This document shows positions 19,939-29,264 of a DNA stretch of 64,000 bases, piece after piece. Position 1 is the first letter of the stretch. Every line of letters starts with the position of its first letter. The translations under genes were made by a program, and so were the position numbers. The stretch is from the NCBI GenBank assembly GCA_963788655.1, contig CAWBHS010000081.1, positions 1-64,000 on the forward strand. Reading direction: 5' to 3'. The DNA comes from an uncultured Verrucomicrobiae bacterium. Lineage in GTDB: Bacteria; Verrucomicrobiota; Verrucomicrobiia; Limisphaerales; JAFGQR01. Below the pieces are notes generated by a model. The model searched no databases. It was not told the origin of the DNA and was given only the letters and a program-made list of their open reading frames with translations.

Positions 19939-21117
19939 GTGGTTATGGGAAAGAAAACTGCAGGTGCAAATACCGGCGCCAAGTCCCGCGTGGCCAATGA
20001 GAATCTGGCCGAAACACTGGACCGCAACACGGTAGTCGGCACACTCTGGCGTTCTGAAGGCGAACGCCTCCGTTGCTTTGCGTGCGGTCATCGTTGTTTG
20101 ATCGCCGAAGGCCGGCGGGGCATCTGCAAAGTGCGGTTCGTGGAAGGCGGCCAATTGAAGGTGCCGTTCGGCTACGTGGCCGGCTTGCAAAGCGATCCGG
20201 TCGAGAAGAAACCATTCTTTCATGTGCATCCCGGCAGCGACGCACTCACCTTCGGCATGATGGGGTGCGACTTCCATTGTTCGTATTGTCAAAACTGGGT
20301 GACCAGCCAGGCGCTGCGCGACGAAGCGTCGGTGGCGTCCATCAAACGCGTGACGGCCGACGACCTGGTCACCTTGGCTGAGCGGTCCCGGGCGCACCTG
20401 GTGGTGTCCAGCTACAACGAACCCCTGATCACCTCCGAATGGTCGGTGGCGGTCTTCGAGAAAGCGAAAGCGCAAGGATTTTTGTGCGCGTTCGTTTCGA
20501 ATGGCAACGCCACCCCCGAAGCACTGGATTTCGTGCAACCCTGGATCGCGGCGTACAAGGTGGATCTGAAAGGGTTCAACGACCAAAAGTATCGCACGCT
20601 GGGCGGAACCTTGGAACACGTGAAGCGCACCATTGAAATGGTCCACGAACGTGGCATCTGGCTCGAGGTGCTTACGTTGTTGGTCCCTGGTTTCAACGAT
20701 GCGGAAGACGAACTGCGCGGTCTTACCAAATTCATCGCCGGCATCAGCCGCGACATCCCCTGGCACGTCACCGCCTTTCACCAGGATTACAAGATGACCG
20801 ATCCGCGCAACACCATGGCCGCGGATCTCATCCACGCCGCCGAGATCGGGGCCGAAGCAGGGCTACGCTTTATCTACGCTGGCAATCTGCCCGGTCGCGT
20901 GGGCGAATGGGAAAATACCCGTTGCCCGAGTTGCCAGGAGACGCTGATCGAACGTTACGGTTACCTGATCCGTTCCTATCGCTTGACCCCCGAGGGGAAA
21001 TGTCCGGCGTGCAGCCATGCCATTCCCGGGATTTGGCCGAAACCGGAGGAAGTCATTACCGGTGAATCAATGGCAGAGTATTATGCGCGACTGCCGCGGC
21101 CGGTGTCCCTCCAATAA
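19939..21117 (+). CDS. amrS: AmmeMemoRadiSam system radical SAM enzyme
   Basis: N-terminal CFACGHRC...GICKVR, DPVEKKPFFH, CxxxCxxC (CDFHCSYC), YNEP, WHVTAFH, YAGN and C-terminal CxxC pairs. Confidence 0.92.
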   Translation: MVMGKKTAGANTGAKSRVANENLAETLDRNTVVGTLWRSEGERLRCFACGHRCLIAEGRRGICKVRFVEGGQLKVPFGYVAGLQSDPVEKKPFFHVHPGSDALTFGMMGCDFHCSYCQNWVTSQALRDEASVASIKRVTADDLVTLAERSRAHLVVSSYNEPLITSEWSVAVFEKAKAQGFLCAFVSNGNATPEALDFVQPWIAAYKVDLKGFNDQKYRTLGGTLEHVKRTIEMVHERGIWLEVLTLLVPGFNDAEDELRGLTKFIAGISRDIPWHVTAFHQDYKMTDPRNTMAADLIHAAEIGAEAGLRFIYAGNLPGRVGEWENTRCPSCQETLIERYGYLIRSYRLTPEGKCPACSHAIPGIWPKPEEVITGESMAEYYARLPRPVSLQ

Positions 21118-21120
21118 GCC

Positions 21121-21936
21121 ATGAAAAGCAATTCCTCCAATCGCCAAGATGCCATCCGACCACCAGCGGTCGCGGGAACCTTTTATTCCAACGTGCCTGG
21201 TCGATTGCATCAGGACGTCACGGGCTATTTGGAAGCCGCCAAGGTCAGCGTGAAGGCCGTGCCCAAAGCCGTGATCGCGCCGCATGCGGGTTATGTCTAT
21301 TCGGGCCCGATTGCGGGCTCGGCGTTCGCGCCACTTATGCACCAGAGCGCCGTTCGGCGGGTCATTGTCCTGGGACCATCGCATCGTGTGGCGTTCCAGG
21401 GCCTCGCGCTCCCCCGAGCCGTCGGATTCGCCACTCCATTGGGCGTGGTCCCGGTGGATGCGGAGGTGGTGACCACCCTCGCAACGTTGCCACAGGTGAA
21501 AATATTCGATGCGGCACATGCCAATGAACATGCCCTCGAGGTCGAACTGCCGTTTCTCCAGACCATCCTCGGCGAGTTCAAATTTGTTCCCCTGGTCGTC
21601 GGCGACGCGAGTGATGCCGAAGTGGGGGAAGTGGTTGAATTGCTGTGGGGCGGACCGGAAACGCTTTTCGTGATCAGTTCGGATCTCAGCCACTATCTCG
21701 ATTACGCAACGGCCAAGGAACTCGATGCGCAAACCGCCAGGGCCATCGAACGGCTTTGTCCCGAAGACATCGGCGGGCAACAGGCGTGCGGGCGAATTCC
21801 CATTCGCGGCCTGTTGTGGGCGGCGCGCCAACGGCGAATGTCGGCCACCACGCTCGACCTGCGCAGCAGCGGCGACACCGCCGGATCCCGCGATCAGGTG
21901 GTGGGCTACGGAGCGTTTGCATTCGTGGAAAACTAG
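21121..21936 (+). CDS. amrB: AmmeMemoRadiSam system protein B (MEMO1 family)
   Basis: IRPPAVAGTFY, PHAGYVYSG, EHALEVELPFLQ, SSDLSHY, ACG and VVGYG. Confidence 0.93.
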   Translation: MKSNSSNRQDAIRPPAVAGTFYSNVPGRLHQDVTGYLEAAKVSVKAVPKAVIAPHAGYVYSGPIAGSAFAPLMHQSAVRRVIVLGPSHRVAFQGLALPRAVGFATPLGVVPVDAEVVTTLATLPQVKIFDAAHANEHALEVELPFLQTILGEFKFVPLVVGDASDAEVGEVVELLWGGPETLFVISSDLSHYLDYATAKELDAQTARAIERLCPEDIGGQQACGRIPIRGLLWAARQRRMSATTLDLRSSGDTAGSRDQVVGYGAFAFVEN

Positions 21937-21962
21937 CGCGCAAACCGGACCCCCACTACCCG

Positions 21963-22133
21963 GTAGTGGCGAGACTCCGTCGAACCCTGACTTCCCCGAA
22001 ACGCGAACGACTTCCCGAAACCACAACCGTGGGAAGCCTTTGGTGGTTCGAACGCATGGCCTTTTCCTTTGGCCGTCTTCGGGCTTTTGAAAGCAGCTTG
22101 GAATAGTCAGGGCTCGACGGAGTCTCGCCCTAC
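21963..22133. repeat. REP-like inverted pair family E (GTAGGGCGAGACTCCGTCGAGCCC)
   Basis: Inverted arms at 21963 and 22105..22133. Another arm at 31500..31534. Confidence 0.8.
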
Positions 22134-22243
22134 CCGACCGGTGCTATGGCTAACGATTTACCGGGGTGTGATACCGATAGGATTCATTCGCAGTATCCCG
22201 AAAAATACTGTTCGCGAGAAAAGCATCAAGTAACCTATCGCCC

Positions 22244-23281
22244 GTGGAACCGTTTAATGTTTCGCCATCAGCCAGTCCAACCAGCCGCCGTCGGTTTCTT
22301 AAACGGTCGGCACTGGCCCTCATGATCGGGTGCCGGCCCACGCTCGATCTGTCCGCTGCGCAATCTGCCAGTGCAGGCAAAGACAGCGCCGAAAATCAAA
22401 CTGCTGCTTCGGGGGAAGCAACCAGTCGCGAACTGATTTATGACCGCCAATTTGCCAAAGGCTTCATCCTGCTCGATCCCAAGCCGGGGAAGCGGGTACC
22501 ATACGGAGCGTTGGCCGGACAAGATCCAAACCAGAAGCCCGCTTGGGATCTGGCCCAATGGTCCAGCCGGTTTCCACTGAAGCCGGAAACGCCGGCTCAT
22601 CTCGCCGACGGAGCGCTTCGTTATGCGAACGAAGGGAAGTCGGTCACTCTGGGACCACCCGGTTCGAAAGACGCCGACGTGGCGCTGGCAATCAATGCCA
22701 AGGCCGAATACGGCCATCGGGCGCGGCGCAAAGGAGAACCGTGGGTGCATTTATTGGTGCAGCAGAATTTCGAAAAACCGCCGGCTTTGTCCAAGCTTCG
22801 GACAGCTCGCTTGCACCTCGAGGCGCGGCTGCTGCAGTCGAAGCTATTCAGAACCGACGATTACTCCGCGGACTTGCACGCGGCGCAGTTTCAGATGTTC
22901 CTCATGGTGCAGAATCGCAATCACCAATCGCCCGGTTACGGCCACTTGCTCTGGTTTGGCATTCCGGTGTATGACGACCGTTCCCGCTTCCCCAAGGCTT
23001 ACCAAGCGCAAGATTTTGGCGGCACGAACATGTTTATCTTCACTCCCGGCGGTGAGACGTGCACCCAGACAAGCGCCCACGATGGAAAATGGATTACGAT
23101 TCAGAAGGACGTGTTGCCATTGATCCGCGAAGGACTGCACACCGCCTGGGCGCGGGGATTTCTCAGCGATTCAAAATCACTGGCCGACTATCACATTACC
23201 GGGATGAACCTGGGCTGGGAAGTGCCCGGCATTTTCCACGTGGCCATGCAGGTGCGGAACTTGAGCCTGCAGGCGGAGTGA
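22244..23281 (+). CDS. Tat-exported hypothetical protein
   Basis: SRRRFLK Tat motif; 345-aa Trp-rich, beta-type sequence; no family recognised. Confidence 0.75.
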   Translation: MEPFNVSPSASPTSRRRFLKRSALALMIGCRPTLDLSAAQSASAGKDSAENQTAASGEATSRELIYDRQFAKGFILLDPKPGKRVPYGALAGQDPNQKPAWDLAQWSSRFPLKPETPAHLADGALRYANEGKSVTLGPPGSKDADVALAINAKAEYGHRARRKGEPWVHLLVQQNFEKPPALSKLRTARLHLEARLLQSKLFRTDDYSADLHAAQFQMFLMVQNRNHQSPGYGHLLWFGIPVYDDRSRFPKAYQAQDFGGTNMFIFTPGGETCTQTSAHDGKWITIQKDVLPLIREGLHTAWARGFLSDSKSLADYHITGMNLGWEVPGIFHVAMQVRNLSLQAE

Positions 23282-23322
23282 ATCGAGTGGCGCATGGCCC
23301 GTTGATCCGTTGGTTTCGCCGG

Positions 23323-23775
23323 CTATTCCCGCTCCTTGGTGTCGATAATGATCGTTACCGGACCATCGTTCACCAAAGCCACTTTCATGTCCGCGCCGAA
23401 TTCTCCGGTCGATATGGGCTTATTGAGTTCATCACTCAGTTTATGGACAAAACTCGTGTACAACGGAACGGCGGTTTCCGGTGGAGCGGCCCGAAGGTAG
23501 GACGGCCGATTCCCCTTGCGCGTGCTGGCGTACAAGGTGAACTGGCTGATGACCAAAAGGTCGCCGCCGGTTTCCTGGAGGGACCGGTTCATCACGCCTT
23601 GGTCATCGTTAAAAATTCGCAGTCGCACCAACTTGCCGCTTAACCATTCCAAGTCCTCGTGCGAATCCGTTTCCTCGAAAGCGGCGAGCACCAGCAAACC
23701 CGGCCCAATCGCTCCGGTCGTCCGTCCGGCAATGGTAACGGAGGCTTCCGAAACTCGTTGAATTACCGCCCGCAT
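23323..23775 (-). CDS. dtd: D-aminoacyl-tRNA deacylase
   Basis: MRAVIQRV, LRIF, SQFTL, KGNRP and NDGPVT motifs. Confidence 0.96.
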   Translation of the reverse strand: MRAVIQRVSEASVTIAGRTTGAIGPGLLVLAAFEETDSHEDLEWLSGKLVRLRIFNDDQGVMNRSLQETGGDLLVISQFTLYASTRKGNRPSYLRAAPPETAVPLYTSFVHKLSDELNKPISTGEFGADMKVALVNDGPVTIIIDTKERE

Positions 23776-23917
23776 GGTTGGGTTCCGTTTAATTCACCAT
23801 ATTTTGTCATAGCATTTGGCCGCATTTTGTTTTACCAAAGCCGGGTTGGCCACTTAAATTTTCTCCGGCTTCGGGCCGGATCCGGAACGTTGATTTGACT
23901 GATCGCAATACGAAACT

Positions 23918-26005
23918 ATGAAAAACTATCAAGCAGCGGACATTCGTAACTTTTCCATTGTCGGACACGCCTCCGCCGGCAAGACCATGCTCAGTGAGTG
24001 CATGCTCGCCTGCGGCGGCGTGGTCAACCGCCTGGGCAGCATCCCCAATGGCACCACCACCTCGGATTACACCGTGGCGGAGAAGGAACGCCAGATTTCC
24101 ATCAGCGCTGCGCTGCTGCACACCGAATGGCTCGACAAGAAATTTAATTTCGTGGACACCCCGGGTTACCTGGATTTCATCAGCGAAAGCCTGGGCGCGC
24201 TGCGAGTCACTGATTTTGCGGTCGTGGTGATCAGCGCCGCGCACGGTATCGGCGTCGGCACTGAACAAGTCTGGAAGTACGCCAGCAATTTCAACTTGCC
24301 CAAAGTCATCGTAATCAATGGCCTGGATAAAGAGAACGTCAATTACGAGGAAGCCCTCGCCGCGATACGCGCGCGGTTCGGTGAACGGGTCCTGCCGGTG
24401 TCCGCACCGCTGAATCCCGGCCCGGGCTTCAATCAACTTGTGGACACCTTCCGCAATGAAGTCACCACCTACCAGACGGACGGCTCTGGCAAGTACGCCG
24501 AGGCGCCCGCAGAAGGGGCGATTAAAGAGCTGTCGGCAAAGTTGCACCAGCAACTGATCGAATACGTGGCCGAATCCGACGACGCGTTGCTCGAAAAATT
24601 CTTCGACCAAGGCGGCTTGTCCGACGAAGAACTGCGGGCCGGGGTGCATCGGGCGTTCGAAGCGCAATCCTTCATCCCTCTCTTCTGCACCTCGGCGGAA
24701 ACCAACGTCGGCGTGGCCCGCTTGATGGATTTTGTTGCCAAATACGCTTCCTCTCCCTTGGACCGACCAGCCACCAAAGCCATCGATCCTAACGACGAGG
24801 AAGTCGAAGTTAAGCCCACCAGCCCCGCCACGGCGCTATATATTTTCAAAACCAGCAGCGAAGGCCAGGTGGGCGATCTGTCCTACTTTCGCCTGTTCTC
24901 CGGCAATCTGGAAATGGGCACCGACCTGTACAATGCCAACACCAAAGCCAGCGAGCGCATCGGGCAAATCTACCTGCTCAACGGCAAGAACCGCGAGGCG
25001 ATCCCGGCCATGCACGGCGGCGACATGGGCGCCCTGGTGAAGCTCAAGACCACCCACACCGACAACACGCTCTCCGATCCCAAGAAGCCGCTCATTGTCC
25101 CCAAGTTGAATTATCCGCGGCCCAATATCCACGCTGCCCTGCGCCTCAAGAGCAAAGGCGAGGAGGACAAGATCGCTTCCGGCTTGGCGGCCTTGCACAG
25201 CGAAGATCCGACCTTCATTTATCATTCCGACTCGGAACTGCACCAGACCGTGATCTCCGGTCAGGGCGATCTGCACTTGCAGGTGGTGGCCGAAAAACTG
25301 CGCCGCCGTCATAAGGTGGATTTCGATCTCATCGAGCCCAAGGTGCCCTATCGGGAAACCATCAAGGGCCGGGGCGAATCCAAGTTCCGCCACAAGAAAC
25401 AAACCGGCGGCGCCGGCCAATTCGCTGAAGTGTGGATGCGCATTGAACCCCAGCCGCGCGATACCGGCGTGGAGTTCACCGAATCACTCGTCGGCCAAAA
25501 CGTGGACCGCGTCTTTGTTCCCTCCGTGGAGAAAGGCGTCAAAGCCGCCTGCAAAGAAGGCATCATCGCCGGCTACCGCGTGGTGGACGTAAAGATCGAC
25601 TTCTACGATGGCAAGATGCACCCGGTGGATTCGAAAGATATTGCCTTCCAGATCGCCGGCAAAGAAGGCTTCCGCGAAGCCTTCCACGCGGCCAAACCCT
25701 GCTTGTTGGAACCGATCTGCACCGTGGAAATCCGCATTCCGGAAGAGTGCATGGGCAACGTGATTGGCGACCTTTCCAGCCGCCGCGGCAAGATCCTGGG
25801 CATGGACACCAGCGATGGCTACCAGATCGTCAAAGCCCATGTCCCGCAAAAAGAACTCTACCAATACGCGACAGTCCTGCGTTCCCTGACCGCGGGGCGT
25901 GGTCTCCACACCGAAGACTTCAGCCACTACGAGGAAATGCCGCGGGAATTGGAAGCCAAAGTCATCGCCGAAGCCAAAAAACCAGTCGAAGAAAAAGAGC
26001 ATTGA
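23918..26005 (+). CDS. Elongation factor G-like protein (EF-G2 type; degenerate G-domain)
   Basis: GHASAGKT, RQISI, DTPGYLDF and NGLD. Domain IV HKKQTGGAGQFA and DGKMHPVDS intact. 695 aa. Confidence 0.92.
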   Translation: MKNYQAADIRNFSIVGHASAGKTMLSECMLACGGVVNRLGSIPNGTTTSDYTVAEKERQISISAALLHTEWLDKKFNFVDTPGYLDFISESLGALRVTDFAVVVISAAHGIGVGTEQVWKYASNFNLPKVIVINGLDKENVNYEEALAAIRARFGERVLPVSAPLNPGPGFNQLVDTFRNEVTTYQTDGSGKYAEAPAEGAIKELSAKLHQQLIEYVAESDDALLEKFFDQGGLSDEELRAGVHRAFEAQSFIPLFCTSAETNVGVARLMDFVAKYASSPLDRPATKAIDPNDEEVEVKPTSPATALYIFKTSSEGQVGDLSYFRLFSGNLEMGTDLYNANTKASERIGQIYLLNGKNREAIPAMHGGDMGALVKLKTTHTDNTLSDPKKPLIVPKLNYPRPNIHAALRLKSKGEEDKIASGLAALHSEDPTFIYHSDSELHQTVISGQGDLHLQVVAEKLRRRHKVDFDLIEPKVPYRETIKGRGESKFRHKKQTGGAGQFAEVWMRIEPQPRDTGVEFTESLVGQNVDRVFVPSVEKGVKAACKEGIIAGYRVVDVKIDFYDGKMHPVDSKDIAFQIAGKEGFREAFHAAKPCLLEPICTVEIRIPEECMGNVIGDLSSRRGKILGMDTSDGYQIVKAHVPQKELYQYATVLRSLTAGRGLHTEDFSHYEEMPRELEAKVIAEAKKPVEEKEH

Positions 26006-26135
26006 TTTCCGGAGTAACGGATCTCAGGTAGCAACGAGTAGGCAACTGATCTCCCGGATTCAGTACAGGGCGCATTTAATGCGGAAGTTGTTTACTCCAG
26101 TGCCACTTTTCGTATCCGCTGGATAGTCTTAAACC

Positions 26136-26323
26136 GTAACTATTCAGTGGGACAGGCGTCTCGCCTGTCTCGAACGACTGCAAACAATCGATTTGCACCG
26201 CGGCGTAGGAAGTCTCTCCAGGTCACCAACAGGTGAGGATGTGCTTGGCTATTTGAGACCGGCGAGACGCCTGTCCTACCGCGCCGAATCGCATCATCGC
26301 TGCTCCAGCTACTGAATGGATAC
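26136..26323. repeat. Nested REP-like inverted element (family C arms inside GTA...ATTCAG / CTGAAT..TAC arms)
   Basis: GGGACAGGCGTCTCGCCTGTCTC ... GAGACCGGCGAGACGCCTGTCCTACC between convergent genes. Confidence 0.75.
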
Positions 26324-26388
26324 GGCGAAATAAAAAAGTACGCACGAAGCGACGCGCCCCAACTTTCGCCGCGGTTGTCCCGAAGCCA

Positions 26389-27123
26389 TCAGGCTTCCCG
26401 CTGGTTGACCATCTCCGCCCAGCGTTCGAAGACGGACTGCCCGATCTTTCCCAGCGGCAACAACCTTTTCTTCAATCCCTCGAGAATGGCACCGCTGCTG
26501 ATCCCGGCCTCGATCAATTCTCGGCCAAAGGTCCGCGTCATGCCTTGCACGATAGCCGCCGTCACCTCCAAGTGAAACAGCAGCCCATAAGCCGAAGTCC
26601 CAAAACGAAAGGCCTGGCAGGCGGTGAGTTGGGACCAGGCCAGACCCGTGGCGCCGCGCGGCAGCGGGAAGGTGTCGCCGTGCCAGTGGAGCGCGGTGAA
26701 CTCGGACGGTTGCCCGTGCCACAGGGCATCCGTGGTGGCGGCGCTCGTCAGGGAAACTGAATGCCAGCCAATTTCTTTCTGGGTTCCCGGAAGCACGGCG
26801 GCTCCCAGCGCGGCGGCCAGCAGTTGGCTGCCGAGGCACACCCCCAAAACGGGCGTGCCTCGCTTGATGGCATCCTCGATCAAATACAGTTCGTCACGCA
26901 AAAATGGGTATTGTGGTTGCTCGTAAACGCCCATGGGGCCCCCCATGACCACGAGACCGCCGTACGGTGCGATGCTCGGTGGTAAGGGTTCGCCGGCGAA
27001 CGATTTCACTCGCTGCACCCCGAAACCATGGGCGCGAAGAACCGTAGCAATCCGGCCCGGGGTTTCACATGCGACGTGTTGAATGACACACACCGAAGTC
27101 CTGGGTTGACCGCAACGTTTCAT
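26389..27123 (-). CDS. Type 1 glutamine amidotransferase (GMP-synthase-like / gamma-glutamyl hydrolase family)
   Basis: VIQH..CETPG, VMGGPMG, GVCLGSQL, WHGDTF and FHLE (Cys-His-Glu triad). Confidence 0.88.
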   Translation of the reverse strand: MKRCGQPRTSVCVIQHVACETPGRIATVLRAHGFGVQRVKSFAGEPLPPSIAPYGGLVVMGGPMGVYEQPQYPFLRDELYLIEDAIKRGTPVLGVCLGSQLLAAALGAAVLPGTQKEIGWHSVSLTSAATTDALWHGQPSEFTALHWHGDTFPLPRGATGLAWSQLTACQAFRFGTSAYGLLFHLEVTAAIVQGMTRTFGRELIEAGISSGAILEGLKKRLLPLGKIGQSVFERWAEMVNQREA

Positions 27124-27160
27124 GACCGTTGGCAATTTAGCCACGAAGGCACGAGACCGG

Positions 27161-28945
27161 CTACGGCAAATCCCGTTCTTCCCGGAGCACACCGCCTTTG
27201 GCGGAATTGACGGCGACTTGGAAACGCCCGCTTCCGCTGACGATGAATTGCACCCGGTTCGCGGCCAAGCCGGCAATCGTGTCGAGTTCCACGCGTTCCG
27301 GCCGGCGTTTCACGGCTTCCACGCGATTGAAGAAGCGGTCCGTCACCCGCCCGGCGGCCAGCACCTTCACTTGCGGACCAGACAGGGTGACGACATCCGG
27401 AGAGCTAATGTGATTCTGCACATCCTGAGCGGTGCGCGTCGGCATGAGCCGCGTGTTTTCGATGGTTACCCGGACTTTAAACAAGCCATCGTCCAGCTTC
27501 TCGGTCGCGACTTCCGCCAGCCGCAACCGCGGCATCTGACTGGCATGGTACAGGGTAAAGGCCATGTTGCGATGGCACTCTTCCTCCAGCAGAAACGACG
27601 GCGGCACCCGGCCCCAGTTCTTCTTGAATCCGCCGATCTCGATTTGGCCGTAAGTAGGATGATTGAAGGGATGCCATTTTACCGCGCCGTCATTCAACAA
27701 CACATACTTCACAAAGGCCGCCTGGTCTTCCTTCGTGGGAGCGTTAGTCCCCTTGTCCAGATTGCGCATGGTCCAAAGCTCGGTGGTAAAACCCAGGATG
27801 CCGCGGGCCCGATAGAACCAGTCGAACTCGCCGCCATACACCTGGTAAAGCTCCTTGCCCGTTACCATCGATCGGTAAAACGGCAGCATCTTTTCGCCGC
27901 GCTCGGCCAGGAAACGCAGCACCCGTTCATCCGCACCGGGTAGGCTGGCATCCTTGCGGCCCGGGCTGCGCAGAATGGCGCCCATCGCGTTGTGATACGA
28001 TTGCATCGCGGCAATGTTTGGATGACCGGAAACAAACTCCGCCACGGCCCGGGTTTCCGGCAGGGAAAACGGATAAGCCATCGCGCCTTGTTGAATGTAA
28101 GACGGCTCCCAATCCCAGGCCCAATCGCGGTTCATATCGTAGCCGCCAGGAGGATCTTCGTTGATGCGGCCATCGTTGTCATTGTCGATGCCTTCCCAAC
28201 CGAGCAGCGTGTATTCACCCGGCTCGTCGTCTGCGGCGCGCACCATGAGCAAGTTCGGATAGTCCGGATGCGCCTTCCAGCGACCGTGCGAATCTTTGAT
28301 GCGCATCTGGCACAACGAACCGTCGCCATCCAGGTCATCGTAATTATCCTCATCCGCCACCCCGTCATGGTCGTTATCGACGGGCTTGAAACCCGAACGC
28401 GGCCAATGCGCGTTGGCCTGATGATGAAACCAGTAATCGCGCGCGTCCGGATTGATCGTCGGGACCAGATAAAACACGTTGTGCTCCAACAAATCTGTCA
28501 CCGTCGCGAGCCGGCCGTATTGGTGGCACAAATACCACGCCGTGTACGCCACCACTTCGCCGCCCTGGACTTCGTTGCCATGGATGTTGCCGTCGATATA
28601 CATGCCCGGCTTGCGCGCCGCTTCGCCGTGGTCGAAGGCAGTGACCTCGAGGCACCACAAAGCACGGCCTTCGACCGAAGTCCCGATCGAATACAACTTG
28701 GTCAGTTGCGGGAAGGCTTGGTGCAAATTGGCCAGGATCGTCCCCAGTCCCTCCGCATCATAGAAACGGTTCCATTCGACGTTCACCTTGCGATTAGCTA
28801 CCGCACCCAGCGCGGGAAAGGCATGTTCGGAGGCATTGCCCGGTTGCGGTTGGTGATCGATCGGCATCTCGGCAGCGAAGCTGGAGAACAAGCCAATGAT
28901 GAAAAATAGCGTCGCCCACCACAAACCAAGTTGCACTCCCGCCAT
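27161..28945 (-). CDS. Secreted M14 zinc carboxypeptidase, catalytically intact
   Basis: IHGNE (HxxE), NPD, DMNR, SYHN and FTTELW; Asp-rich DNDHDG..DED inserts. The frame is open further upstream to 29263. Confidence 0.88.
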   Translation of the reverse strand: MAGVQLGLWWATLFFIIGLFSSFAAEMPIDHQPQPGNASEHAFPALGAVANRKVNVEWNRFYDAEGLGTILANLHQAFPQLTKLYSIGTSVEGRALWCLEVTAFDHGEAARKPGMYIDGNIHGNEVQGGEVVAYTAWYLCHQYGRLATVTDLLEHNVFYLVPTINPDARDYWFHHQANAHWPRSGFKPVDNDHDGVADEDNYDDLDGDGSLCQMRIKDSHGRWKAHPDYPNLLMVRAADDEPGEYTLLGWEGIDNDNDGRINEDPPGGYDMNRDWAWDWEPSYIQQGAMAYPFSLPETRAVAEFVSGHPNIAAMQSYHNAMGAILRSPGRKDASLPGADERVLRFLAERGEKMLPFYRSMVTGKELYQVYGGEFDWFYRARGILGFTTELWTMRNLDKGTNAPTKEDQAAFVKYVLLNDGAVKWHPFNHPTYGQIEIGGFKKNWGRVPPSFLLEEECHRNMAFTLYHASQMPRLRLAEVATEKLDDGLFKVRVTIENTRLMPTRTAQDVQNHISSPDVVTLSGPQVKVLAAGRVTDRFFNRVEAVKRRPERVELDTIAGLAANRVQFIVSGSGRFQVAVNSAKGGVLREERDLP

Positions 28946-28952
28946 TGATTCC

Positions 28953-29102
28953 GGAGAGCGGGCCCGCCCCGGGCGCATCCAACCGGCGCCCTCGCCGGTT
29001 GGCCCGACGGTGTCAGTGCGTGCGGATGAACGGAACCCGGTCCCTGCCGACTGACTGGTTGGCGAGGCGCCAACCAGTGCGCCCGAGGCGGGCGCACTCC
29101 CC
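28953..29102. repeat. REP-like element family B
   Basis: Homologous to 4505..4650. Confidence 0.85.
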
Positions 29103-29144
29103 AGGCTTGGGGAATCGTTGTCCCTGGGAGCGTGTTCCAAAAGG

Positions 29145-29220
29145 GTAGCCGACGACGTAAGGAGGCGGATTCGCCAACGCCAAGTTGCCAAACGGTCCAC
29201 CTCCTTGCGTCGGTGGCTGC
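29145..29220. repeat. REP-like palindrome family D (GTAGCCG.CGACGT.AGGAGGCGGA ... TCC.CCTCCT..CGTCGG.GGCT.C)
   Basis: Homologous to 31601..31670. Confidence 0.8.
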
Positions 29221-29264
29221 AGATTTGAAGACTCTTAAAACCCGCTCTGAGCTGCTTCATCATT

